Assembly (NCBI GenBank): GCA_964490075.1
Contig: CAZBBK010000024.1
Coordinates: 51,118 to 71,117 of the forward strand
Direction of reading: 5' to 3'
Length of the DNA: 20,000 nucleotides
Source: an uncultured Gemmatimonadota bacterium
Lineage (GTDB): Bacteria > GCA-2686955
Shown here: positions 1-8,434 of the stretch, piece by piece
How positions within the stretch are numbered: the stretch's first letter is position 1
Layout: the number at the start of each line of letters is the position of its first letter
Notes under the pieces: model-generated
The model's input: only the letters and a program-made list of their open reading frames with translations
Database searches by the model: none
What the model was told of the DNA's origin: nothing
Translations under genes and position numbers: made by a program

Positions 1-1
1 T

Positions 2-373
2 CTCGGCGTCCACTACAACGAGCTCTTGCTGGACAGCTTGGGGCTCACCCCCGGGCGCCTCTCCAGCGGCCGCTCCGCCTTTCTCGAGTACCTCTTCGTG
101 GTGCTCCTGACCTGCGCCATCGTGGTCAGCTTGAAGGTGATCGGAGCGCTCCTGGTCGAGGCGCTGGTGGTGGTCCCGGCCGCGGCGGCCCGCAACCTGT
201 CGGCCAGCATGCGCGCCTACCTGCTCTGGAGCATCGTCCTGGCGCTGGCGGCCTGCGTCGCCGGGCTCTTCCTCTCGACCCGTCTCCTGGTGCCGACCGG
301 GGGGGCGATCGTGCTTTCGATGGCGGCCATCTTCTTCGTCACGCTGGCCATCGGAGCGCTGCGCCGGCCATGA
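2..373 (+). CDS. Metal (Zn/Mn) ABC transporter permease, ZnuB/MntB (ABC-3) family, 5'-truncated by the window edge
   Basis: Frame open from base 2 (LGVHYNELLLDS...). Hydrophobic, with family-typical segments 'IVVSLKVIGALLVEALVVVPAAAARNL' and 'PTGGAIVL'. Confidence 0.85.
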   Translation, partial: LGVHYNELLLDSLGLTPGRLSSGRSAFLEYLFVVLLTCAIVVSLKVIGALLVEALVVVPAAAARNLSASMRAYLLWSIVLALAACVAGLFLSTRLLVPTGGAIVLSMAAIFFVTLAIGALRRP

Positions 374-413
374 GGGCGCGCCCACGGCCGCTCCGGCGTC
401 GCGCTGCTTTTCG

Positions 414-442
414 TTTCGATTCGGCCTTCGCCACGCTACCAT
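414..442 (+). promoter_or_regulatory. Possible sigma70-type promoter of the pst operon
   Basis: GCTACCAT at 435-442 (-10-like TACCAT at 437-442); only a weak -35-like TTCGAT at 415-420. SD CAGGAGG at 484-490 precedes the GTG at 498. Confidence 0.35.
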
Positions 443-497
443 ACGCGCGCCAATCGCCATCCGATCAGCCAGACATCAGCCTCCAGGAGGGTAGACC

Positions 498-1415
498 GTG
501 AGAGTTCGTCACCCGGCACGCCTTCGCCTGCTGCTGCCCTCCATCGGTCTCATCGCGGCCGGCTGCGGCGGTGGGCCGGATGCCGGCCGCGCCGGCGACG
601 CCCCGGCCCCGGACGCCCAGATCATTCGCATCACCGGCTCCGACACCATGGTCAACCTGGCCCAGGCCTGGGCCGAGAACTACCAGGCCGAGCATCCTGG
701 CGTCTCTCTCCAGGTCGCGGGCGGCGGCTCCGGGGTCGGCATCGCCGGCCTGATCGACGGCATCGTCGACATGACCAACGCCAGCCGGAAGATGAAGAAG
801 ACCGAGCTTGCGCGGGCGCGAGAGACGCGCGGCGTGGAGGCAATGGAGCACGTCGTAGGTCTCGATGCGCTCGCCGTCTACGTCCACCGAGACAACCCGC
901 TGGAGTCGATCTCGATTCCCGAGCTCGCCGAGATCTACGGGGAGGCGGGCGAGTACGTCACCTGGGGGCAGTTCGCCCATCCGGTGCCCGGCTGCGACAG
1001 CGACCGGATCGTGCGCGTCAGCCGCCAGAACAACTCCGGCACCTATGTCTACTTCCGCAGCGCGGTGCTGGGCAGCGAGCGGGAGTTCGAGCTCGGCTCG
1101 ATCGACCAGAGCGGATCGAAGGACGTGGTGGCCCTGGTCTCCCGGACCCCCTGCGCGATCGGCTACAGCGGTATGGCCTACGAGACACCCGAGGTGAAAT
1201 CGTTGCCGGTGGCCGCCGCGAGGGGGGCCGAGGCCTTCGCGCCGACGCCCCAGACCGCCGCCAGCGGCGACTACCCGATCTCACGGCCGCTCTTGATCTA
1301 CACCGCCGGCGAGCCGACCGGCGCCCTGAAGGACTACCTGGACTGGATCTACTCACCGGCCGGGCAGCGGATCGTCGCCGAGATCGGCTATGTGCCGATC
1401 CGTCCCACGGAGTAG
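498..1415 (+). CDS. pstS: Phosphate ABC transporter substrate-binding lipoprotein
   Basis: Lipobox LIAAGC; phosphate-binding motifs GSDT, GGGSGVG, NASR, SRQNNSGT and YPISRPL; strong SD; first gene of the pst cluster. Confidence 0.95.
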   Translation: MRVRHPARLRLLLPSIGLIAAGCGGGPDAGRAGDAPAPDAQIIRITGSDTMVNLAQAWAENYQAEHPGVSLQVAGGGSGVGIAGLIDGIVDMTNASRKMKKTELARARETRGVEAMEHVVGLDALAVYVHRDNPLESISIPELAEIYGEAGEYVTWGQFAHPVPGCDSDRIVRVSRQNNSGTYVYFRSAVLGSEREFELGSIDQSGSKDVVALVSRTPCAIGYSGMAYETPEVKSLPVAAARGAEAFAPTPQTAASGDYPISRPLLIYTAGEPTGALKDYLDWIYSPAGQRIVAEIGYVPIRPTE

Positions 1416-1427
1416 CAGCCCCGATCG

Positions 1428-2336
1428 ATGATGAACAGCCTGCTGCGCCGGCTCCTGGCGAGGTCCGAGCCGCTGGTGGAGCTCCTGATCCGCCTCAGCG
1501 GCTGGAGCGCCATTCTCTTCGTGTTCGGGATCTTCTTCTTCATCCTTCGCGAAGGCGCTCCTTTCCTGATCCGTGAGCTCGATCTCCGCGAGTTCTTCAC
1601 CAGCCCCAACTGGCGCCCCGACTCCGAGCTGCGCCAGCAGTTCGGGATCCTGGCACTGCTCTGTGGCACCCTCTCGGTCACCACGCTGGCCATGGCGCTC
1701 TCGGTGCCGCTGGGTCTCGGCGCCGCCATCTACATCTCCGAGTTCTGCAGCGGGGCGAGCAAGGAGACCCTCAAGATCGTGCTCGAGCTCCTGGCCGCAA
1801 TCCCATCGGTGGTCTGGGGTTTCGTCGGTTACATGGTGATGAACCCGATCATCATCTGGGCCACTGGAGCGCCGGTCGGGGTCAACGTGCTGAACGGCGG
1901 GATCATCCTGGCACTGATGAGCGTGCCGATCATCGCCTCGGTGGGGGAGGACGCGCTCAAGGCGGTGCCCGACTCGTACCGCGAAGCCGCGCTGGCCCTG
2001 GGGGCGACACGCTGGCAGCTGGTCTATCGAGTGCTCCTGCCGGCGGCGCGCAACGGCCTTCTGGCCGCGGTCCTGCTGGGCGTCGGGCGGGCGATCGGCG
2101 AGACCATGGCCGTGCTGATGGCCACCGGTCACGCGGTCCAGATCCCCGGCAGCCTGCTCGATCCGGTGCGCACCCTGACGGCCACCATCGCCGCCGAGCT
2201 GGGCGAGACCGTCGAGGGCGAATCGCACTACCAAGCTCTGTTCGTGATCGGCTCGCTCTTGATGCTGATCGCCTTCGTGGTCAACGTGACGGCCGACCTG
2301 GTGGTCAAGGGAATTCGCAACGAGGAGCGTTCGTGA
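1428..2336 (+). CDS. pstC: Phosphate ABC transporter permease PstC
   Basis: Multiple TM helices; 'ELLAAIPSVVWG', EAA loop 'REAALALGATRWQ', 'GRAIGETMAVLM'. Confidence 0.95.
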   Translation: MMNSLLRRLLARSEPLVELLIRLSGWSAILFVFGIFFFILREGAPFLIRELDLREFFTSPNWRPDSELRQQFGILALLCGTLSVTTLAMALSVPLGLGAAIYISEFCSGASKETLKIVLELLAAIPSVVWGFVGYMVMNPIIIWATGAPVGVNVLNGGIILALMSVPIIASVGEDALKAVPDSYREAALALGATRWQLVYRVLLPAARNGLLAAVLLGVGRAIGETMAVLMATGHAVQIPGSLLDPVRTLTATIAAELGETVEGESHYQALFVIGSLLMLIAFVVNVTADLVVKGIRNEERS

Positions 2337-3277
2337 TGAAGGCGGAGCCGCGCCGCGAGCCACCGGCCCTGCCCGGTCCCGGCACCTTCGCGGTCACCGC
2401 GGTCGCGCTTCGCAAGCGCCGGACCGAGCGCGGAATGAACCTGCTGCTCTTGTGCGGGACCTTCTCGCTGCTGCTGCCGCTGATCGGGATCATCTCCTAC
2501 ATCGCCTGGCACGCGGCACCGGCCCTGTCGCTCGACTTCATCTTCGAGAACCCGCGCAACTACATGCGAGAGGGGGGGGTCTGGTCCCCTCTGATCGGCA
2601 CCTTCTACCTGGTCCTGGTGTCGCTCGCGGTCGCCGCTCCGATCGGCGTGCTGGCCGGTGTCTATCTCAACGAGTACGCCCGCGAGGGTTGGATCACGCG
2701 GATGATCAACCTGGCGGTGGTCAACCTCGCCGGGGTGCCGAGCATCGTGCACGCGCTCTTCGGGGTCGGCGCCTTCGTCCATTTCGCGGCGATGGGCCGC
2801 TCGGTGCTGGCGGCCTCTTGCACCCTGGCGATCATGACCCTTCCGGTGATCATCACCAGCACCCGCGAGGCGCTGGCGGCGGTGCCGATGGCTTTTCGCG
2901 AAGCTTGCTGGAACCTCGGGGCCTCGCGCTGGCAGACGATTCGAACCATCGTGCTGCCGAACTCGATCAGCGGGATTCTGACCGGCGTGATTTTGCAGGT
3001 GTCGCGTGCCGCGGGAGAGACCGCACCGATCCTTTTCACCGGCGCGGTCTTCTACGTCAAGGTCTCCGACCAGGGCTGGGGCTATTTCTTCCCCTATGGA
3101 CTGGGCGATCGTTGCATGGCCCTCTCCTACCACCTGTTCACGATCTCGACCCAGGTCACCGGCGTGAGCGACGCCCAGCAGTACGCCACGGCCGCGGTAC
3201 TGATCGGATTGGTGCTGGCCGTCAACCTGGTCTCGATCGCGCTGCGCTCTTACCTGAGATCGAAGAAGCGATGGTAG
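2336..3277 (+). CDS. pstA: Phosphate ABC transporter permease PstA
   Basis: 'NLAGVPSIVHALFG', EAA loop 'REACWNLGASRWQTI', 'SRAAGETAPILFT'. TGATG overlap with the pstC stop (alternative GTG start at 2333). Confidence 0.95.
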   Translation: MKAEPRREPPALPGPGTFAVTAVALRKRRTERGMNLLLLCGTFSLLLPLIGIISYIAWHAAPALSLDFIFENPRNYMREGGVWSPLIGTFYLVLVSLAVAAPIGVLAGVYLNEYAREGWITRMINLAVVNLAGVPSIVHALFGVGAFVHFAAMGRSVLAASCTLAIMTLPVIITSTREALAAVPMAFREACWNLGASRWQTIRTIVLPNSISGILTGVILQVSRAAGETAPILFTGAVFYVKVSDQGWGYFFPYGLGDRCMALSYHLFTISTQVTGVSDAQQYATAAVLIGLVLAVNLVSIALRSYLRSKKRW

Positions 3278-4038
3278 CCCCCTCGTCCGCCAAGGTGGAG
3301 CTACGCGATGTGAGCGTGTACTACGGAACCCGTCAGGCGCTCGACACGGTCGATCTGCGGATCCCGCGCAAGGGGATCTTCGGCATCATCGGCCCCGCCA
3401 ACTCCGGCAAGACCACGCTTCTGAAGTGTATCAACCGCACCATCGACTTCGTGCCTTCGGCAAGAGTCACCGGAAAGGTGCTGGTCGACGGCGGCGACGT
3501 GTGGCGGATGCGCAACGTGTTCGAGCTGCGGCGCCGGATCGGCATGGTCTTTCCCTTGCCGGTCGGGCTGCCGCTATCGGTCTACGACAATGTCGCTTAC
3601 GCGCCGCGCATGGCCGGAGTCGCCGATCGCCGCGAGCTCGACGCGCTGGTACGTCGTTGTCTCGAGCAAGCCGCACTCTGGGACGAGGTCGCCGATCGAC
3701 TCGATCTCCTGGGCACCAAGCTCTCGGGCGGGCAGCAGCAACGCTTGACCATCGCCCGCGCCCTCTCGCACCGGCCCGAGATCCTCTGTCTCGACGAGTT
3801 CTCGATCGCCGTCGACCCCGTGACGACGATGAAGATCGAGGACGTGCTGCTGGGATTGAAGAACGAGATCACGATCATTCTGGTGACCAACCTGGTCCAG
3901 CAGGCTCATCGGCTGGCCGACCGTGTGGCCTTCTTCAACGCCTCGCGACTGGTGGAGGTCGACACCACCGAGAAGATCTTCTCGGAAAGCCCCGCCCAGC
4001 AGCTCACCTTCGACTACGTGCGCGGAAACTTCGGATGA
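3271..4038 (+). CDS. pstB: Phosphate ABC transporter ATP-binding subunit 1 (PstB-like; degenerate cis motifs, intact signature), 255 aa
   Basis: ATG at 3271 overlaps the pstA stop. Walker A GPANSGKT, signature LSGGQQQR, Walker B ILCLDEF, PstB-like 'LEQAALWDEVADRL' and C-terminal 'DYVRGNFG'. Confidence 0.9.
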   Translation: MVAPSSAKVELRDVSVYYGTRQALDTVDLRIPRKGIFGIIGPANSGKTTLLKCINRTIDFVPSARVTGKVLVDGGDVWRMRNVFELRRRIGMVFPLPVGLPLSVYDNVAYAPRMAGVADRRELDALVRRCLEQAALWDEVADRLDLLGTKLSGGQQQRLTIARALSHRPEILCLDEFSIAVDPVTTMKIEDVLLGLKNEITIILVTNLVQQAHRLADRVAFFNASRLVEVDTTEKIFSESPAQQLTFDYVRGNFG

Positions 4039-4802
4039 GCCGGCCCTGCATCGTGACCGAGCGGCTGAACCTCTTCTACGGGGATTTTCAGGCCCTGATC
4101 GACGTCGATCTCGAGGTTCGCGAGGGGATCATCACCGGCTTGATCGGCCCTTCGGGCTGTGGCAAGTCGACCCTGCTCAGGTGTTTCAACCGCTTGAACG
4201 AGCGCTATGGCAACGTGAGCACCAGCGGTGAGATCCGCGTCCTCGGCAAGAACATCTACGACCAAGACGTATGCCTCGAGGAGCTGCGCAAGAGCGTGGG
4301 AATGGTGTTTCAGCGGCCGAATCCGCTGCCGATTTCGATTTACGACAACATCGCCTTCGGCACGCAGGTGCACAACCGCCGCTCGGCGCTGCGCCGCAAC
4401 GAGATCGACGAGGCGGTGGAAGGGGCCCTGCGCGATGTCGAGCTGTGGGACGATGTGAAGGACCGCTTGCGAGAGCGGGCCACTCGGCTCACCCTGGAAC
4501 AGCAGCAGAAGCTGTGCATCGCCCGCCTGCTGCCGCTCAAGCCGCGTGTCATTTTGATGGATGAGCCTTGCTCGGCGCTCGATGGCGAGGGCACCATGGC
4601 CATCGAGCAGCTCATGGATCATCTGCGAGGCAAATACACCATCGTCATCGTCACGCACAACATGGCACAGGCACGCAGGGCCACCGATGAATGCCTGTAT
4701 ATGCTGCTGGGCAAGCTGATCGAGCATGCTCCGACGGCGGAGCTGTTCTTGAATCCACGGCGCAAAGAGACCGAGTTGTACGTGGAAGGTCGATACGGAT
4801 AA
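4035..4802 (+). CDS. pstB: Phosphate ABC transporter ATP-binding subunit 2 (PstB-like; intact cis motifs, degenerate signature), 255 aa
   Basis: ATGA overlap with the preceding gene. GPSGCGKST, GMVFQRPNP, ILMDEPCSALD, IVIVTHNMAQA, C-terminal 'YVEGRYG'. The signature position reads LTLEQQQK. Confidence 0.92.
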   Translation: MSRPCIVTERLNLFYGDFQALIDVDLEVREGIITGLIGPSGCGKSTLLRCFNRLNERYGNVSTSGEIRVLGKNIYDQDVCLEELRKSVGMVFQRPNPLPISIYDNIAFGTQVHNRRSALRRNEIDEAVEGALRDVELWDDVKDRLRERATRLTLEQQQKLCIARLLPLKPRVILMDEPCSALDGEGTMAIEQLMDHLRGKYTIVIVTHNMAQARRATDECLYMLLGKLIEHAPTAELFLNPRRKETELYVEGRYG

Positions 4803-4833
4803 AGCCGGAGACGCCGACCGAGAGCGAGAAAAT

Positions 4834-5493
4834 ATGCAGAAATTGGATCAAGACCTGAGCGACCTGAAGAGCCAGCTGATGGAGATGGGGGAGCGCGCCG
4901 TGCAGATGGTCACGGCCGTGTTGCGGGCATTCACCGACCGCGACGCAGGGGCGCTCGCCGGCATCGAAGCCGACGAGGACTGGGTCAACCGCGCGCAGGT
5001 CGAGCTCGACCGCAAGACGATCCACCTGATCACCATCTACGGACCGGCGGCGATGGACCTGCGCTTCTTGATGATGGTGGCGCGGATCACCAGCGACCTG
5101 GAGCGGATCGGCGACCTGGCGATGAACACGCGCCCTCACGTCGCCGAACTGAATCAGCAAGAGCCGAGCGGGCCGCTCGGCGATCTACAGCGCATGGGGG
5201 AGCTTTCGATCGACATGGTGCGCGAATCCCTTCGGGCCTTTCAGAAGGACGACGCGGCGCTGGCGCGCGACACCCTGGGGCGCGACGACGAGGTCGATGC
5301 CCTCTATGATCACATCACGGACGTCGTCGTCGGCCTCATGATGCAATCGACGGCCGCGATACCGCGCTCCCTGGGCCTGATCACGCTCGCCCGCTCCCTG
5401 GAGCGGATCGCAGATCACGCGACCAACGTCTGCGAAGAGGTGATCTACGTGGTCGAGGGCAAGGATATTCGCCACCGCATGGACGAGAGCTGA
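4834..5493 (+). CDS. phoU: Phosphate transport regulator PhoU
   Basis: Two PhoU repeats with 'DLERIGDLA' and 'SLERIADHATNVCEEVIY', plus 'DDEVD'; last gene of the pst cluster. Confidence 0.95.
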   Translation: MQKLDQDLSDLKSQLMEMGERAVQMVTAVLRAFTDRDAGALAGIEADEDWVNRAQVELDRKTIHLITIYGPAAMDLRFLMMVARITSDLERIGDLAMNTRPHVAELNQQEPSGPLGDLQRMGELSIDMVRESLRAFQKDDAALARDTLGRDDEVDALYDHITDVVVGLMMQSTAAIPRSLGLITLARSLERIADHATNVCEEVIYVVEGKDIRHRMDES

Positions 5494-5554
5494 GACAAGT
5501 GACACCTGACGAGACGCAGGAGGCTCGCCTGCCGAGGCGAGTCGTCGCCGACCG

Positions 5555-6568
5555 ATGATCCAAGCCACACAACCCCTGGAAGAGAAGCGCGGCGTGCCGG
5601 AGACCTATCGTGGGGTCGCCGGCCAGCTCGACCTCGCCGCCGCGTATCGCCTGATGGTCCGCGCCCGGGTCCTGGAAGAGCGCTTGATCAAGATGGCCAA
5701 GTCGCAAGACGGCCAATTCTGGATCGGCGGCCCCGGAGAAGAGGCGTTCAACGTCCCGCTGGGGCTCTTGGTCAAGTGCGGCCAGGGCCTCGACCACGAC
5801 TTCCTGCACCTCCACTACCGCAGCTCTGCGATCCTCCTGGCTCTCGGCGCGCGCATGATCGACTTCATCCGCCAGATGGCCTCGCGCGCCAGCGATCCCT
5901 TCAGCGGCGGGCGGAACTTCGTCAACCACGTCGCGGTTCGCGAGTGGAACATCGTGCCCACCTCGTCGACCATCGAGACCCAGTACTCGATCGCTCCGGG
6001 CACCGCGCTCGCCCAGCTGCGTGCCGGCGGCGACGCCATCACGATCGTCAACGGCGGCGACGCCGGCTCGGCGGAGGCGGACTTCGCCACCTGCCTGAAC
6101 TGGAGCAGCCGGCCGGACCGTGAGCTGCCGATCCTGATCGTCGTCGCCAACAACCGCTTCGGGATCTCGACTCCCTGCGAAGAGGTGCACGGCGACGCCA
6201 TCATCGCGCGGCGCGCGGCGGCTTTCGGGATTCGTTGGGACACGGTCGACGGCAACGATCCCGAGGCCTCTTGGCGGATGCTTTCGGAGGCCATCGCCTA
6301 CGTCAGGGCGGAGCGCAAGCCCTTCTGCCTGGAGGCCGCCGTGGGCCGCCTGCACGGCCATTCATCTTCCTCCGGGGCGGCGCGCGAAGACGGATTCGAT
6401 TGCGTTGGGGCGTTCGCGGAAAAGCTCGTGGAGCGCGGCGTCCTGAGCCCCGAACAGGTGGCGGCGCTCCACGAGGAGTCGCGCCAAGAGGCGCTGGATG
6501 CGCTGCACCAGGTGCGCCGGGAGCCCGCGCCCGCCGCCGATTCGATTCACGATCACACCTTCGCGTAA
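5555..6568 (+). CDS. TPP-dependent 2-oxoacid dehydrogenase E1 component, alpha subunit (branched-chain/pyruvate family)
   Basis: 'GPGEEA', 'HLHYRS', TPP-binding motif variant 'GGDAGSAEADF...VVANNRFGIS', 'VDGND', 'RLHGHSSS'. Confidence 0.9.
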   Translation: MIQATQPLEEKRGVPETYRGVAGQLDLAAAYRLMVRARVLEERLIKMAKSQDGQFWIGGPGEEAFNVPLGLLVKCGQGLDHDFLHLHYRSSAILLALGARMIDFIRQMASRASDPFSGGRNFVNHVAVREWNIVPTSSTIETQYSIAPGTALAQLRAGGDAITIVNGGDAGSAEADFATCLNWSSRPDRELPILIVVANNRFGISTPCEEVHGDAIIARRAAAFGIRWDTVDGNDPEASWRMLSEAIAYVRAERKPFCLEAAVGRLHGHSSSSGAAREDGFDCVGAFAEKLVERGVLSPEQVAALHEESRQEALDALHQVRREPAPAADSIHDHTFA

Positions 6569-6589
6569 GGGGCGCGATCCGGAGAGGGC

Positions 6590-7651
6590 ATGGCGAACAT
6601 CGCGCAGGCGATCAGATTGGCGCTGCACGTCGGCGAGACCCGGCTCGGGGTCAGCGACATTTTCGGTGAAGATGTCGGACCGCCGCTGGGCGGGGCCTTC
6701 TCCTGCACTCAAGGTCTGGAGAAGGCCTGGAACTCGCCGCTCGATGAGCGCGGAATCATCGGCAGTGCATTTGGATTGGCGCTGGCCGGCCAGCGCGCTG
6801 TGGCCGAGATCCAGTTCGCCGACTACGTCTTCAACGCCATCGATCTGCTCAAAATGGCAGGCAACTGTCGCTGGTCGAGCAACGGTCAGTTCGAAGTGCC
6901 GCTGGTGCTGATGATGCCGGTGGGGGCGGGAATCCACGGCTCGATCTATCACTCTCATTCCTTCGAATCGTTTGCGACCCACATGCCGGGCTGGAAAGTG
7001 GTGCTGCCCTCGACGCCGATCGATACCTATGGCCTGTTGATCTCCGCGATCAAGGATCCCAACCCGGTCTTCTTTCTCTATCCCAAGGCCCTGATCCGCG
7101 TTCCGGGAGCCGAGCTGATTCCCGGCGAACCGGAGGATCCCAAACTCCTGAGCAAGATGATCGATGCCCCGCTCGGCGCCAAACGCGAGGGATGGCGAGC
7201 GCAGTGGCCCGAGCTCCCCGACTTCGAAATCCCGATCGGTCCGGCGCGGCTGTTGCGGGAAGGGAGCGACTTGACGGTCGCCAGCTATGGGCGCATGGCA
7301 CCGACCTGTGCGGTGGCCGCCGACGAGCTGGCTCGCGAGCACGGGATCTCGGCCGAGGTGATCGATCTGCGAACGATCTGGCCCTTCGACGAGGCGGCCA
7401 TGGTCGGATCGGTACGGCGCACCGGCCGCTTCTTGCAGGTCAACGAGGACACCGAGGTCACGAACTTCGGCGAGCACCTGGTGCGCCGCGTGAGCGAAGA
7501 GTGTTTCTACGAGCTGGAGGCCCCGCCGCGACTCCTGGCCGCGGCGAACGCCCCCGGCACCGGACTGGCGTGGAGCTTGGAGAGCGCGCAGATTCCCCAG
7601 CACGACGACGTGGTGCGGGCGATGCGCGAGCTGGCGACCTTGGAGGCGTAG
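6590..7651 (+). CDS. TPP-dependent 2-oxoacid dehydrogenase E1 component, beta subunit
   Basis: 'FGEDVG...GG', 'SPLDERGIIG', 'VAEIQFADY', 'YHSHS', 'EVIDLRTIWPFD', 'SVRRTGR'; SD GGAG upstream. Confidence 0.92.
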   Translation: MANIAQAIRLALHVGETRLGVSDIFGEDVGPPLGGAFSCTQGLEKAWNSPLDERGIIGSAFGLALAGQRAVAEIQFADYVFNAIDLLKMAGNCRWSSNGQFEVPLVLMMPVGAGIHGSIYHSHSFESFATHMPGWKVVLPSTPIDTYGLLISAIKDPNPVFFLYPKALIRVPGAELIPGEPEDPKLLSKMIDAPLGAKREGWRAQWPELPDFEIPIGPARLLREGSDLTVASYGRMAPTCAVAADELAREHGISAEVIDLRTIWPFDEAAMVGSVRRTGRFLQVNEDTEVTNFGEHLVRRVSEECFYELEAPPRLLAAANAPGTGLAWSLESAQIPQHDDVVRAMRELATLEA

Positions 7652-7888
7652 CTGATCGCTGATCCGACATCGCCGCGTCGGCAACTCTGACGATTGAGCT
7701 CGAACGCCGCGTCTCCGCCGCGCCACGAGTCCCGGGCGGTGCGGTGCAATCCGCTGGGCGGCAAGGGCTAAGAAGCTCTGGGCGTTGGCCGTCATCGATG
7801 GCATGATCGATGCGACACAGGTGGACCTTCATCGGGCCTGGGGGCAGCGCCGGATGTCAGGATCCCACCGCGGAAGTCGGGGGACGCT

Positions 7889-8245
7889 ATGAAGAGATTG
7901 CTGATTCTGGTTTGCAGCGCAATGCTGGTCGGCGCGGCCTGTGGCTTCGCGCCCGTGGGCTCCGCCAGAGTGGAGCTGCTGGTCCGGGATGTCGATCCAC
8001 CCAGCGCCTGCGCGCAGGTCGAGCTCGAGCTCCACAATCGCTACGATCACGCCGTCGTCGTCTCTCTGGAGGTGATCAGAATCAGGGACCAGGCGTCGGA
8101 AGCGCCACTGCCGGCGGTTGCCGAAGTGTTGCTGGAGGCAGGCGAGCTGCGGCCGGTGGCGCGTAGCTGCTCGCAGATGGAGTGTGAGCACCGGGGCGAC
8201 GTCGCCGACCTGCGATTGCTCGGAGTGCGCCCGTACCGGCCATAG
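7889..8245 (+). CDS. Hypothetical exported protein, possible lipoprotein
   Basis: Signal-peptide-like N-terminus MKRLLILVCSAMLVGAAC with a lipobox-like Cys; GGGGGA upstream; no family recognised. Confidence 0.6.
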   Translation: MKRLLILVCSAMLVGAACGFAPVGSARVELLVRDVDPPSACAQVELELHNRYDHAVVVSLEVIRIRDQASEAPLPAVAEVLLEAGELRPVARSCSQMECEHRGDVADLRLLGVRPYRP

Positions 8246-8434
8246 TCTGATCTCGGACCAATCTCGCCGAAGATGGCGTGCTCGCCGATGCTTGCGAGCT
8301 GGCCGCAGGTGAAATGGGTGGCACCGCTCGTCTGCCTCCGGTGCCGCCGCCGGGGATCTACCAGGTCGATACGGTCGTCGGGGTCTACCCCGACGATGTC
8401 TGGGACCGAGCCGCTTTCCAGACCACGGTCGTAG

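Noticed and set aside
374-497. Pho box upstream of pstS
   Set aside because: No CTGTCAT-like direct repeats at 11-bp spacing; only irregular TTCG repeats. No phoB or phoR in the window.
2572-2579. G8 runs (here and at 17201-17208) as phase-variation tracts
   Set aside because: Both are short, in frame within intact genes, and explained by Glu-Gly-Gly-Val codons in a GC-rich genome.
2452-4802. Long ORF-track versions of the PstB genes (528 aa from 2452 and 458 aa from 3426)
   Set aside because: The extensions are off-frame overlaps of pstA and the first pstB with Arg/Pro-rich junk composition; the real starts are the coupled ATGs at 3271 and 4035.
6362-7804. 480-aa antisense ORF and similar shadow ORFs (1353-2363, 8477-9646, 9662-10801, 11995-13368, 14181-16370)
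   Set aside because: They overlap well-supported genes, show no recognisable motifs, and are expected from the scarcity of stop codons at high GC.
7793-7812. CATCGAT-N6-ATCGATG inverted repeat as an operator
   Set aside because: ATCGAT is frequent throughout the window and no regulator gene or second site supports it.
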